A stretch of 64,000 nucleotides of DNA from a virus: positions 93,924-157,923 of the IMG/VR virus record IMGVR_UViG_3300027712_001108. One strand, 5' to 3'. The notes beneath the pieces were generated by a model. That model was given only the letters and a program-made list of their open reading frames with translations. It searched no databases and was not told the origin of the DNA. Each line of letters begins with the position of its first letter. Positions within the stretch are counted from its first letter, which is position 1. Shown piece by piece: positions 9,098 through 18,711 of the stretch. Position numbers and translations under genes: made by a program.

Positions 9098-9382
9098 TTA
9101 TAGCATTGGATCGTCTAACCAACGTATAATTGCAAACTTCAACATAGATACAGCACGTTCGGGTGTAAGGTTGAACCATTCACCTTTCAATCGCAAGTAT
9201 CCCAACTCTGTATGCAGCTTCTTTTCTAGTATACGCACACGATGTTCTGGCACAGGTTCTGTGTGATGAATCTTTAACGGTGCAGGATTGCCTGTTTGCA
9301 GTGTAGACAAGCGTTTAGCAACATCTTTGCTAAAGCCTATCTTCTGTCTGTCAGTGTCTGTTCCAATGATATACAAATACAT
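9098..9382 (-). CDS. GIY-YIG nuclease (T5orf172/Mug113-like)
   Basis: YLYII...KIGFS....RL..LQTGNP...E..LH......GEWF. Confidence 0.85.
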   Translation of the reverse strand: MYLYIIGTDTDRQKIGFSKDVAKRLSTLQTGNPAPLKIHHTEPVPEHRVRILEKKLHTELGYLRLKGEWFNLTPERAVSMLKFAIIRWLDDPML

Positions 9383-9495
9383 GAAGATACTTAGTTGCAA
9401 TTTTGCACAGATAGTCAACTATTTCTGCTTGACACTGCTCAACGACTTGTTTATACACAGCACAACGAACACACAGACATCGAAAGGACTATCTT

Positions 9496-10479
9496 ATGCA
9501 AGACGTTACTATTATGGCAGGCAGCTACCGCAATCAATCTCTTAACGACGTGCGCTGCATGTTGGTGCAGCCTATTAAGATGGGTAGCCGCGGATGGTAC
9601 GGCAACTTCCAAGTGCCTGGCTTGGGCAGCATTCGTGTGCAATTGCCCAACGAATCCAGTTTGACCTATCACGGCACACTGAAGTCGCCAGAGTTGGTTG
9701 CAGCAGAAGAAATTACCGACGAACAAATTGCCAAGCGTATTGAGGATCGTTTCAAAATCCTTGATGAAATTACCGCAGGTGTTGCATCTGACACTGTGCG
9801 CAGTTTGATTGTCAGCGGTGCACCCGGCATGGGTAAGAGCGTTGGTATCCAGAACATCTTGGATCGCGAAATGTCGTTGAACGGCATTGAATACAACAAG
9901 ATCAGCGGTAGCATTGTCAGTGCGTTTCAACTGTATCAAGTGTTGTTTGACAATGCAGAGCCCAACAGCGTGTTGATTTTGGATGACTGCGACAGCCTGC
10001 TGTTTGACTCGGACTGTGTTAACTTGCTGAAAGCTGCGCTGGAAAGCGGCGACCGTCCTCGTATGGTCAGCTATAACAGCGAAAGCGTTGTTAAACTGGG
10101 CATGCCTAAAACGTTTGAATTCAATGGGCGTGTGATTTTTATCACCAACTTGGACTTCCAACAGATCATTGACAAGGATCGCGGCGCTGCTAAACACATC
10201 TCTGCACTGGTTGACCGTAGCTTGTATTTGGATCTTAGCATGCACACCCGTCGTGAGATTTGGTGCAGGGTTGAGACCATGGTTCGCCGGCATCGCATGC
10301 TTAAATCGTTTTACTTTGACGAGCACGTCATTGACATGCTGTTGGAATACATCAAAGAACGCCGCGATGACTTCCGTCGGCTCAGCTTGCGGACTGTGGT
10401 TCAGCTGGCACAGTTTGCTAAAACCAGCCCCGACGGTTGGCGCCGAATGAGCGAAGCATTCCAGATCCGGCCGCGCTAA
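9496..10479 (+). CDS. AAA+ ATPase
   Basis: Walker A GAPGMGKS, Walker B LILDDCD, sensor FITN; TTGACA promoter at 9429. Confidence 0.85.
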   Translation: MQDVTIMAGSYRNQSLNDVRCMLVQPIKMGSRGWYGNFQVPGLGSIRVQLPNESSLTYHGTLKSPELVAAEEITDEQIAKRIEDRFKILDEITAGVASDTVRSLIVSGAPGMGKSVGIQNILDREMSLNGIEYNKISGSIVSAFQLYQVLFDNAEPNSVLILDDCDSLLFDSDCVNLLKAALESGDRPRMVSYNSESVVKLGMPKTFEFNGRVIFITNLDFQQIIDKDRGAAKHISALVDRSLYLDLSMHTRREIWCRVETMVRRHRMLKSFYFDEHVIDMLLEYIKERRDDFRRLSLRTVVQLAQFAKTSPDGWRRMSEAFQIRPR

Positions 10480-10721
10480 TGGCAACCAAGTTAAGAACAA
10501 TTGAGGAAACAATACGTTTGTTTCCTCATCATGTGCGGATTAAACCTGTAAAGGTCGCTGGCGGCAGACGTTCGCAAATGCGCGAGTGGCTGTCTGAACA
10601 GCAAATACGAGTACATCACTTATACGGCGATGCAGCAGATGTATATTGGGATACAGGTTGGGTCAACTTCTATTTCAAGCATGATACACAAGCAATGCTG
10701 TTCAAATTGAAGTGGTTATAA
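10479..10721 (+). CDS. hypothetical protein
   Basis: TAATG-coupled to the ATPase. Confidence 0.6.
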   Translation: MATKLRTIEETIRLFPHHVRIKPVKVAGGRRSQMREWLSEQQIRVHHLYGDAADVYWDTGWVNFYFKHDTQAMLFKLKWL

Positions 10722-10748
10722 ACCTATGGCATATCAATGGAGTCGCAA

Positions 10749-11408
10749 ATGTCAGATGTTGAACTAGTAATGCAGCCAGCTAGATACTGGCGTATCAAGT
10801 TGTATGGTTATGGCGGTGAATTGGTATTTGGTACCAGTTCCAAAGAAGAAATGGAATACTGGGAAAGTGAACAAGCTCGTATTGACACCGACTGCCCCGA
10901 AGATGAAACTCCATTTGAACATTATATGTGGGAACAGGACAGCGAAGGTGCAGATTTTCCTAATGTACCAGAGAAGTTTCGCAGAGACGGTGGGTGGTAT
11001 GACCAAGATGATCTGGCCCATTCGAATGGAGTAGAGTATTCTGCTGCCTACATTGCCATTGAAGAAGTAGAAAGTGCAACCTGGGATGCAGAAGCTATCA
11101 GAGAAGTGATTGAAGATGCAAGTCTGCCCGACTTTGTTGCAGCCAATTCAATCTCTGTAGGATCAGAAGAGTTCTACCCCGATGTTACTCACGTGTTCTG
11201 CGGCACCAGCGACGAAAAAGGCATGTTTTTCGAAGGTATTTTTGAAACACATGGTCCACTGGATTTATTCAAACTCAGCTTTAAGACCACTGAATTTCCC
11301 AATGGATATGAAATTGTCGATTGGGTACAGTACGATGGTGCTGATATCGAAAGTTATAATAGCGATACCAACGGTAAAAGCATGGATATTGGTTTTATCG
11401 AACTATAA
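10749..11408 (+). CDS. acidic hypothetical phage protein
   Basis: GGAG SD; long ORF. Confidence 0.7.
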   Translation: MSDVELVMQPARYWRIKLYGYGGELVFGTSSKEEMEYWESEQARIDTDCPEDETPFEHYMWEQDSEGADFPNVPEKFRRDGGWYDQDDLAHSNGVEYSAAYIAIEEVESATWDAEAIREVIEDASLPDFVAANSISVGSEEFYPDVTHVFCGTSDEKGMFFEGIFETHGPLDLFKLSFKTTEFPNGYEIVDWVQYDGADIESYNSDTNGKSMDIGFIEL

Positions 11409-11581
11409 AAACAAAGGGTTATCTATCAACTTTGCCGCAGCATACACCTAGTGTGCTGCGGCTTTTCAATGACCAATTTTCAACGATTGCGGGCAATGCA
11501 TAGCAGTTATGCAATTGCAGCAATTGCTTTTTGCACCGCAGCATGCTATATAGTATGTACACAGAGAGAAGGGAAAACATC

Positions 11582-11806
11582 ATGTTTATTACTATGATCA
11601 CACGAATCATTACCGACGCTATACACGCAATTGCAGTGTATAAGATGAAACAACGCACTATCAAAGAGCTTAATATGCTGTCAGACAGGGATCTGTTGGA
11701 TATTGGCATCACTCGTTATGACATTGCTGATATTGCAAAATACGATGCCAGTATGAAAATGTTTGCCAAAAGCAATGTATCTAGCTGGAATGTTGAAAAT
11801 GCCTAA
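11582..11806 (+). CDS. DUF1127 (YjiS-like) small protein
   Basis: RTIKELNMLSDRDLLDIGITRYDI signature. Confidence 0.85.
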   Translation: MFITMITRIITDAIHAIAVYKMKQRTIKELNMLSDRDLLDIGITRYDIADIAKYDASMKMFAKSNVSSWNVENA

Positions 11807-11981
11807 CAAATTTTTAACAATGATCATGGGTTTAAAGAATTTATTTAAACCTGATCCCTATCGTGAATATACCATGGAACAGCGTAGGTTGAATCGGTAT
11901 CTCAGTCAGGCCACTGACAGATACCATTTAGAACAACTGGAACGCGAATACATGAAAGACCATAAAACAGCTTGGCGCTAA
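11799..11981 (+). CDS. DUF3563-like small protein
   Basis: YLSQATDRYHLEQLER pattern. Confidence 0.6.
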   Translation: MPNKFLTMIMGLKNLFKPDPYREYTMEQRRLNRYLSQATDRYHLEQLEREYMKDHKTAWR

Positions 11982-12012
11982 TCTAGCGCCAACTGCTGCA
12001 ACGGAGAATATT

Positions 12013-12072
12013 ATGTGCCACTGGCCTTACACAGATGAAGAATTAGATTTCATCAATGGGAAAAAACGTTAA
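12013..12072 (+). CDS. 19-aa micro-ORF MCHWPYTDEELDFINGKKR
   Basis: GGAG SD 6 nt upstream of the ATG; hand-translated. Confidence 0.4.
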   Translation: MCHWPYTDEELDFINGKKR

Positions 12073-12232
12073 TCTGTTGTTATGTTACAATTATGCAACA
12101 TATCGTGTTGCAAATTAAACATAACTTATACAGTAAGAGTTGACATTACCCGATAAATTATGTAATATATACATACGAAAAGAACGCAAAGTCGACTCAC
12201 GTTCTTATATGTATCAAACAAAGGAAAATCAA

Positions 12233-12790
12233 ATGAAAAAGACTATTTTTGCACTGGCAGCTATTGCGGCACTTGCTGGAACTGCTGCGGTTGCTAACAC
12301 TACAGTTGCGCTGACTTACGGCCAGGATTATACTGCGGCTGGCTTCGGTGAGAAGACCAGCGAAACTACTGGTATTGCTATTTCGCAGTCATACGGTGAT
12401 TACAAAGTTGGCGTTTCTTACAGCGGCAACACCGATGCACAAAATCTAGAAGCAACTATTGGACATCGATTCGCACTTAACGATCAAGTAAGCGTGGGTG
12501 CTAAACTTGGTTTGGGTGAACGTTTTGACACTGCTGATTTTGCATACTACACACTGAGCGGCGATGTAGGTGTTAAAGTCAACGACAAGCTGACTTGGAC
12601 TGCAATCAACTATCGCTATCGCAATGCATTTGACACTGCGAACGATTACGAATCCCATCGTGTAGGCACTGGTGTTAGCTATGCACTGACTGATGCGGTT
12701 GCAGTCAATGCAACTGTTTATCGCAAATTCGATAACAACTTCGATGCCACTGGCAACACTGCTGAAATTGGTCTTGCATACCGATTCTAA
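12233..12790 (+). CDS. outer-membrane beta-barrel (porin-like) protein
   Basis: Sec signal peptide MKKTIFALAAIAALAGTAAVA, alternating beta-strand pattern, C-terminal LAYRF (BAM-type signal). Confidence 0.8.
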   Translation: MKKTIFALAAIAALAGTAAVANTTVALTYGQDYTAAGFGEKTSETTGIAISQSYGDYKVGVSYSGNTDAQNLEATIGHRFALNDQVSVGAKLGLGERFDTADFAYYTLSGDVGVKVNDKLTWTAINYRYRNAFDTANDYESHRVGTGVSYALTDAVAVNATVYRKFDNNFDATGNTAEIGLAYRF

Positions 12791-12812
12791 TAGTTTAAAC
12801 TCGCTCCTTTAC

Positions 12813-12849
12813 AAAAGACCCTGGGTGTAAAAACTCAGGGTTTCTTTTT
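12813..12849 (+). terminator. intrinsic terminator
   Basis: GACCCTGGGT...ACTCAGGGTT followed by T-run. Confidence 0.7.
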
Positions 12850-12910
12850 GACTATTGACGACTCTTATAACCTCTGCTATTATTACAGTATGATAATATG
12901 GAGAACGGCA

Positions 12911-13120
12911 ATGAATCGTGTGATTGATGTTGTAGCGTATATGGCACCTGCTGTATTCGTTGTGTTTTTGCTATATGATATTGTTGCATATCAAGAACAT
13001 CTGGCGATAGATGTCATTGGACTGGGCGGATGGCTCAGCTATGTATATGAACGCAGAGACAATACAGTGTTGAAACTGCGTATGATAAAACTGATTAATG
13101 AGGTAACAAAAAAAGCATAA
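12911..13120 (+). CDS. small membrane protein
   Basis: GGAG SD, hydrophobic segments. Confidence 0.6.
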   Translation: MNRVIDVVAYMAPAVFVVFLLYDIVAYQEHLAIDVIGLGGWLSYVYERRDNTVLKLRMIKLINEVTKKA

Positions 13121-13197
13121 TGCTTGACATAATCACAAACCCTGCTAAGGACATTTGGTTCATCAGCGACACACATTTTGGCCATTATACTAAATAA
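13120..13197 (+). pseudogene. orphaned 5' fragment of metallophosphoesterase (MLDIITNPAKDIWFISDTHFGHYTK*)
   Basis: Contains calcineurin-like motif I (SDTHFGH); cut off where the endonuclease cassette begins. Confidence 0.7.
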
Positions 13198-13226
13198 AAT
13201 ACAGATTGTATTTTATAAGGAATATC

Positions 13227-14078
13227 ATGCCTAAAATTAAATTTGAATGTGCAACATGTGGTAATCAAGGTGAAAAATATAAATCACAGTTAAAAAATAA
13301 AAACTATTGTTCATCTCAATGTGGTAATAAAGCTAAATCATTAAAAGGCCCTTTAAACGGTAACTATGGTAAAAACTGGTCATATGATCAAAAATTAAAA
13401 CAATCGATTTTAATAAAATCTAAAGTGGATGATGATTATAGATCCGCAGCAGGAAGTGCAAATAAAGGCAAACACTTTTCACAAGAACGGATTGCAGCAA
13501 TGCATTCCCACAGAAGTCCCGATAGTTACAGGCATTACCCATCTGAAGAAGTACGAATTAAAATAGGTATAAAATCCGCTGAAAAATTCAACGAACAATA
13601 TAACATAAATTTTCGTAATATAATGGAAACATCAGGACATTGGATTCCATTAGAAAATGTTTCAGACTATAATCTATATAAAAAAGAAGCCCATTGGATA
13701 AGTCATATGTGGGATTTAATTGTAGATATCAACCAAGTAACTCTGCTGAATACACATAAAGTATTTCATCCTATTAATAACAAAACAGGTTGTGTACGAG
13801 ATCATATGTATTCTAAATTAGACGGGTTTAATGCAGGTGTACCACCTGAAATATTACGTCATCCTGCTAATTGCATGATAATAACACATAGTCAAAATGC
13901 TAGTAAAGGGCACCATTCATTGATATCCATTGACAAACTGTTTGAATTAATACACAGTTATACTGGTAATTGGAACGAACATACAATTGCGTTAAATAAA
14001 ATTAACAATTACAACAACGGATTTAGATGGTCTAAATCCTATTATATAAACAAAATGAAAGGAGGTTGTCATGGATAA
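13227..14078 (+). mobile_element. homing endonuclease (Zn-finger + NUMOD-like + His-Me/HNH-like domain) inserted in the phosphoesterase gene
   Basis: CATC/YCSSQC, NGNYGK, RDHMYS..GF..GVPPEILRHPANC...N..KG; AT-richer than flanks; own CTAAATA promoter at 13190. Confidence 0.75.
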
Positions 14079-14614
14079 AAATATTTGGTTTATCAGTGAC
14101 ACACACTTTTGGCCACGCCAATTTTCTTAACTTCAAACACACAGACGGAGAATATATTCGCAAGTTTGACAACGTTCAAGCCATGGACGACTGCATGACT
14201 ACTCATTGGAATGAAAATATCAAGCCGGGTGATAAAGTATATCACCTCGGTGATGTTGCAATGGGCGGCCCTGCTGTAGTCAAAAGCATAGGTAGGCTCA
14301 ATGGACATAAACGTCTCATTGTTGGCAATCACGATGTACTCAAAGGCGAACTGCTGAATCAATTCCACAAAATTTCAATGTGGCGTGTATTCCGCGAACA
14401 TGACTTTATTTGCAGCCATGTGCCGTTGCGTGAAGATTCAATGATGACCACGTTCAATCTGCATGGTCATATACACAAACATCCTAGCCCTAGCAATCGG
14501 CATATGAACATCTGTGTGGAACATCATGACTACAAGCCTGTGCATTTGGATACAATCCTTGCAGAACTGGCACGGCGCAAGTCAACGATTGGAGAAATTC
14601 CTCGTGCGTATTGA
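14071..14614 (+). CDS. calcineurin-like metallophosphoesterase, with +1 frameshift near 14110
   Basis: ATG 14071 frame gives MDKNIWFISDTHF; the +1 frame continues GHANF...YHLGD...GNHD...SH.P...HGHIH. GGAGG SD. Confidence 0.75.
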
Positions 14615-14864
14615 GTTGTTAATCAGATCGGGCAAGTTGGTTGCACGGCTGATCGACAGTAGCTTTAGACCCAACGATGTAGTAAGTGAAAGCAGCATAG
14701 ATTTAAAAGATCTTGCTGCTGCATTGCCACAACACACACTTGCACCCACTATAGACGGGGACATGTATGTGCATTCGCCGCATAAAACAAGTCCGCAAGT
14801 GATAACCAGAGAAGAAAACGAAGCACAGGTATTGGCTGAACGAAAAAACACAGATACCCGTTGA
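14604..14864 (+). CDS. hypothetical protein
   Basis: GTG start after GGAG. Confidence 0.45.
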   Translation: MRIELLIRSGKLVARLIDSSFRPNDVVSESSIDLKDLAAALPQHTLAPTIDGDMYVHSPHKTSPQVITREENEAQVLAERKNTDTR

Positions 14865-14917
14865 CAACGGCATTATATATGTTATTGTGCAGTTGTAGAT
14901 AGCAACAGGAGACAGAC

Positions 14918-15358
14918 ATGAGCAAGGTAATTGTATTCGACATCGATGGAACCATTGCTGACATGGAGCACCGTCGGCATTGGGTTGCAACTAAACCCAA
15001 GAACTGGCCCGCATTCAATGCAGGCATGGCACGCGATACTGTGCATAAAGACATTGCTGGCCTCATGGACATGTTTGCTGACCTGGATTACACTATCCTG
15101 CTGTGCAGCGGCCGTGGCGAAGAATCTCGTGCAGTTACCGAGCAGTGGCTGGCAGATAACGACCTGCCTTACCGGCAACTGTACATGCGCGGTCTGCAAG
15201 ACTATCGCCAGGACAGCATTGTCAAAGTAGAACTGCTGGCACAGATCCGTGTTCAGCATGGCAATCCTTGGCTGTGGTTTGACGATCGTAACCAAGTCGT
15301 AGATGCGATCCGTGCAGAAGGCGTTCGTGTTCTGCAAGTAGCCCCCGGAAACTTTTAA
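14918..15358 (+). CDS. HAD-family polynucleotide 3'-phosphatase (PseT/Pnkp phosphatase domain)
   Basis: FDIDGTIAD, SGR, LYMR...D.R.D..VK, FDDR..VV. Confidence 0.88.
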   Translation: MSKVIVFDIDGTIADMEHRRHWVATKPKNWPAFNAGMARDTVHKDIAGLMDMFADLDYTILLCSGRGEESRAVTEQWLADNDLPYRQLYMRGLQDYRQDSIVKVELLAQIRVQHGNPWLWFDDRNQVVDAIRAEGVRVLQVAPGNF

Positions 15359-15736
15359 ATGACTTACAAAATGTTTCTGGACGACGAGCGTGTACCCAAT
15401 TTCCTTGGCCTCAAGGGATATGACTATCCCACCAAAGGAAATTGGGTCATCGTGCGCAGCATGCAAGCTGCCATTGACTGCATCAAGGAAAACGGCATCC
15501 CGTTCTTCATTGCATTCGACCATGATTTGGAAGATGCGCACTATGATGGCAAGGAAGGTCACGAACGTACTGGCTATGAGTTTGCCAAATGGTTCTGGGA
15601 TTATGTTTTGGACAACAACATTGTGTTGCCTGACAACTTTGATTGGGTTGTTCACAGTATGAATCCCACTGGTGCAGAAAACATACGCCGTTATATGGCA
15701 AACTATATGCGTCATTACAAGAGCGAACACCCGTGA
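15359..15736 (+). CDS. cyclic-phosphate-processing receiver-domain protein
   Basis: FLDDER.P ... FDHDL ... TGYE ... HSMNP.G signature. Confidence 0.8.
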   Translation: MTYKMFLDDERVPNFLGLKGYDYPTKGNWVIVRSMQAAIDCIKENGIPFFIAFDHDLEDAHYDGKEGHERTGYEFAKWFWDYVLDNNIVLPDNFDWVVHSMNPTGAENIRRYMANYMRHYKSEHP

Positions 15737-15930
15737 AGCTGTCAGAACGAAATCAAGACAGACTACAACTACTAAAACTCTGGGTCCGACTACATTCGTA
15801 TCATACGTCTGGCGTGTTGACACTTACATATTTGGACCCAGAGTACCCTGCTTGGTTCAAAGCAGCAGTGGAAGAATATATCACAGCGTTAGAACAATAT
15901 AAAGACAAATATTCTAAAAAATCCCGTTGA
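15733..15930 (+). CDS. hypothetical protein
   Basis: GTGA overlap with the upstream stop. Confidence 0.45.
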   Translation: MKLSERNQDRLQLLKLWVRLHSYHTSGVLTLTYLDPEYPAWFKAAVEEYITALEQYKDKYSKKSR

Positions 15931-15992
15931 CACTGTCTGCTGTGATGTTATTGTCACTGTACAGAGACACACAATACACGCTGGAGCACACT

Positions 15993-16406
15993 ATGTCTTA
16001 CACGTTTGACGCCAACATTGTTTCCGACTTGCACAAAGATGCATACGGTTATCGTCCTACCAGCGTGTTCTGGATCGACTGGAACAACGGCTCCGATAGC
16101 TACAAACAGAAAATGTGGGACTACTTGCTTGAAGATCTCGATGCCGAACTGGCTCGCGAGCGTGACGAGCAAGCGTTGGCTGTGTTCAGCTATGAAACAC
16201 AGATCGCAAATAACATTGCTCTAGGCGCAGCAGACCGTGCTACTGCTATCCGTTGGATGATGCAGTCCATGGAACTCGGCGAGAATGATCTCTACTACGG
16301 CGGCTCGTTGGTTTGCTACAAGTTGGGCTTGCCTTACCACATGGAGACTGAGTTCGACGACATCTGCAAGCAGATGCTTGCTGCCTTTCAAAAAGAAGCA
16401 GCATGA
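15993..16406 (+). CDS. hypothetical early protein
   Basis: SDLHKDAYGYRP motif; TTGACA promoter at 15927; GGAG SD. Confidence 0.7.
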   Translation: MSYTFDANIVSDLHKDAYGYRPTSVFWIDWNNGSDSYKQKMWDYLLEDLDAELARERDEQALAVFSYETQIANNIALGAADRATAIRWMMQSMELGENDLYYGGSLVCYKLGLPYHMETEFDDICKQMLAAFQKEAA

Positions 16407-16497
16407 AAACATTGACAGCGAGCATGACTACTGCTATGCTCACTGAGTTAAACAAAATACGAACACACACTTATCATACAAGCACACAGAGGCAACA

Positions 16498-17556
16498 ATG
16501 ACCCACTATCTCAAAGACGGCAACTCTTTCCGAGTGGCAGACGACAACAGTCTTGACATTCACAATCTGTTGCCTGCTGGCAACTATATTGTCAAGACGG
16601 ATATGTTCGGCAACTTCTTCCTTGAACAGGTAGAATCGTTTACAGCACCTAGCAAAATCTACGGCGACACACTGAAGTTGGCAGATCGTATGCTGAATAC
16701 CTATCACAATCGTCCTGCTAGCACCGGTGTGTTGCTGACTGGTGAAAAAGGTTCGGGTAAAACGCTGCTCAGCAAGATGCTCAGCATCAAAGCTGCCGAA
16801 ACAGGTGTTCCCACTATCATTATCAACAGCCCGTGGAAAGGCGACGGGTTCAACAAGCTGATGCAAGATATCAGCCAGCCGTGCATTGTGCTGTTTGACG
16901 AGTTTGAAAAAGTCTATGACGGCGATGACCAAGAAGCTATCCTCACGCTGTTGGATGGTGTGTTCATTACCAAGAAACTGTTTGTGTTGACCTGCAACGA
17001 CAAATGGCGTATTGACTCGCACATGCGCAACCGTCCGGGCCGTATCTATTACATGCTGGACTATGTTGGGCTTAGCACTGCATTTGTTCGTGAATACTGC
17101 GAAGACAACCTACTTGACAAGACGCAAGTTGATTCAGTATGCAATGCATCAAGCCTGTTTACCAGCTTCAACTTTGACATGCTCAAAGCCATGGTTGAAG
17201 AAATGAACCGCTACGGCGAAACTCCGCAAGAAGTGTTGAAGTTCCTCAACGCGAAGCCTGAGTTCATGGCAGCAGACACTTTTAATGTAGAAGCCATCAT
17301 TGACCATGAAACTGTTAAAGCAGACGACCTGGGTAACAATCAATGGCGCGGCAATCCGCTGCGTGAAGAAGTGGAAATCAGCGTTCGCACTGTCGACGAA
17401 GATGATGACACTGAGTGGGTAGAATACACGTTCACTGCGGACAATCTCAAAAAGGTCGATGGTACCAAAGGTCGCTTTGTGTTTACCACGGACAAGGGAA
17501 CTGTTATCCTTACTCGTGTTAAACCCCCGTCGTTTGACTACTGGGCTGCAATGTAA
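16498..17556 (+). CDS. AAA+ ATPase
   Basis: GEKGSGKT, VLFDEFEK, RPGRI arginine finger. Confidence 0.9.
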   Translation: MTHYLKDGNSFRVADDNSLDIHNLLPAGNYIVKTDMFGNFFLEQVESFTAPSKIYGDTLKLADRMLNTYHNRPASTGVLLTGEKGSGKTLLSKMLSIKAAETGVPTIIINSPWKGDGFNKLMQDISQPCIVLFDEFEKVYDGDDQEAILTLLDGVFITKKLFVLTCNDKWRIDSHMRNRPGRIYYMLDYVGLSTAFVREYCEDNLLDKTQVDSVCNASSLFTSFNFDMLKAMVEEMNRYGETPQEVLKFLNAKPEFMAADTFNVEAIIDHETVKADDLGNNQWRGNPLREEVEISVRTVDEDDDTEWVEYTFTADNLKKVDGTKGRFVFTTDKGTVILTRVKPPSFDYWAAM

Positions 17557-17570
17557 GCTACTATACTACC

Positions 17571-17604
17571 GGAATAGGGCGCTACGGCGTCCTATTCTAT
17601 TTTT
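17571..17604 (+). terminator. intrinsic terminator
   Basis: GGAATAGGGCGC-TACG-GCGTCCTATTCT plus T-run. Confidence 0.75.
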
Positions 17605-17621
17605 CAATATAAAGGCATCAC

Positions 17622-18263
17622 ATGATAAGACCATTTATACACTCAACAGATTTGCCTATTATAGACAGGCTGTGCAATGTTAGATCTAAATTTTGGATAG
17701 CAGGTGGTACTGTGCTGAATTGGTACCAGCATAAGCCTGCGGATAGTGATATCGATTTGTTTTTTCACAGCGAAAAAGATTTCGATAAAATGAACAAGTT
17801 GTTCACCAATGCATATGAAATTGCCACGTCTATAGATAGTGTGTTACCTAAATTTGCAGTAAAAAAAACTTACGAAACCATAGACAGCGACATCTTTATA
17901 ACTGACAGGCATGCGTCTGATAATGCTGTAACTTACTCTGTAACTATAAGTGGCGCATCGCATCCGTTGTGGAAAGTGCAGTTAATCAAACGTCGATTCT
18001 ATAAAAACATTGAAGACGTTATTGACGATTTTGATATTACTGTGTGTCAAATTGCAACGGACAGTTACAACAAAATCGTCACTAGCAAGCACTTTGCAGA
18101 AGATGTTGCAGCCAAGCGATTGCGATTTGTAAACATGACACCCAGCAGTGCCAAACGTTTGATAAAATATTGGGCATATGGCTTTACTCCCACGGATGAT
18201 GATATACAATCAGTAATAGACTATCTAGATTTAGACTTGACTCGCAGAGAGGATGATTATTAA
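17622..18263 (+). CDS. nucleotidyltransferase (Pol-beta superfamily, poly(A) polymerase/CCA head-like)
   Basis: IAGG ... DIDLF ... FDITVCQ. Confidence 0.7.
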   Translation: MIRPFIHSTDLPIIDRLCNVRSKFWIAGGTVLNWYQHKPADSDIDLFFHSEKDFDKMNKLFTNAYEIATSIDSVLPKFAVKKTYETIDSDIFITDRHASDNAVTYSVTISGASHPLWKVQLIKRRFYKNIEDVIDDFDITVCQIATDSYNKIVTSKHFAEDVAAKRLRFVNMTPSSAKRLIKYWAYGFTPTDDDIQSVIDYLDLDLTRREDDY

Positions 18264-18670
18264 TGAATAACAATCAACGTCACCAAGCTACGTGGAGCAA
18301 GCTCAGCCCTGTTCCATCTATGCATTATCATCCACACAGTGCCAGTCATATTGTGTATTGGAATGGAGTAGGCATGACCCGTAGCACTGCACTTATGCTT
18401 GTAGGTGCATGGTGGAACTTTATGTGGCCTACTCCCAAAATGAAAACCAAATCCTATGAGGAGTTCGTCAATGCATACAGACTGGGTGCATTTGGCAATG
18501 TAAACTGGGATGATATGATCAAAAGCGATCCGCAACAATACTTTACACAAATTACCAAGCTGGTTGTCAATTCTAAAACTCATTCTATTCAGGACTTGGT
18601 AAAGCAATACACTGTGCAAGAAGCATTGTCGTGGTTTAAAACCGAAAATGAATCTGTGATAGAAGACTAA
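18263..18670 (+). CDS. hypothetical protein
   Basis: TAATG-coupled ORF. Confidence 0.6.
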   Translation: MNNNQRHQATWSKLSPVPSMHYHPHSASHIVYWNGVGMTRSTALMLVGAWWNFMWPTPKMKTKSYEEFVNAYRLGAFGNVNWDDMIKSDPQQYFTQITKLVVNSKTHSIQDLVKQYTVQEALSWFKTENESVIED

Positions 18671-18711
18671 TCCGCAGTATAGTAGCATGTAATATCAAAA
18701 TAGGAACACAA

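Noticed and set aside
9451-10512. 353-aa antisense ORF (likewise 14882-15823, 22992-23657, 24865-25680, 57725-58480 and 62104-62949)
   Set aside because: Shadow frames opposite clearly identifiable genes; no motifs or RBS seen.
12075-12110. Possible Pho box upstream of the porin gene
   Set aside because: Only loose similarity to the tandem CTGTCAT repeat; cannot be supported.
13198-14070. Group I intron in the phosphoesterase gene
   Set aside because: No room for, or sign of, a ribozyme core outside the endonuclease ORF; the duplicated target peptide fits a free-standing insertion better.
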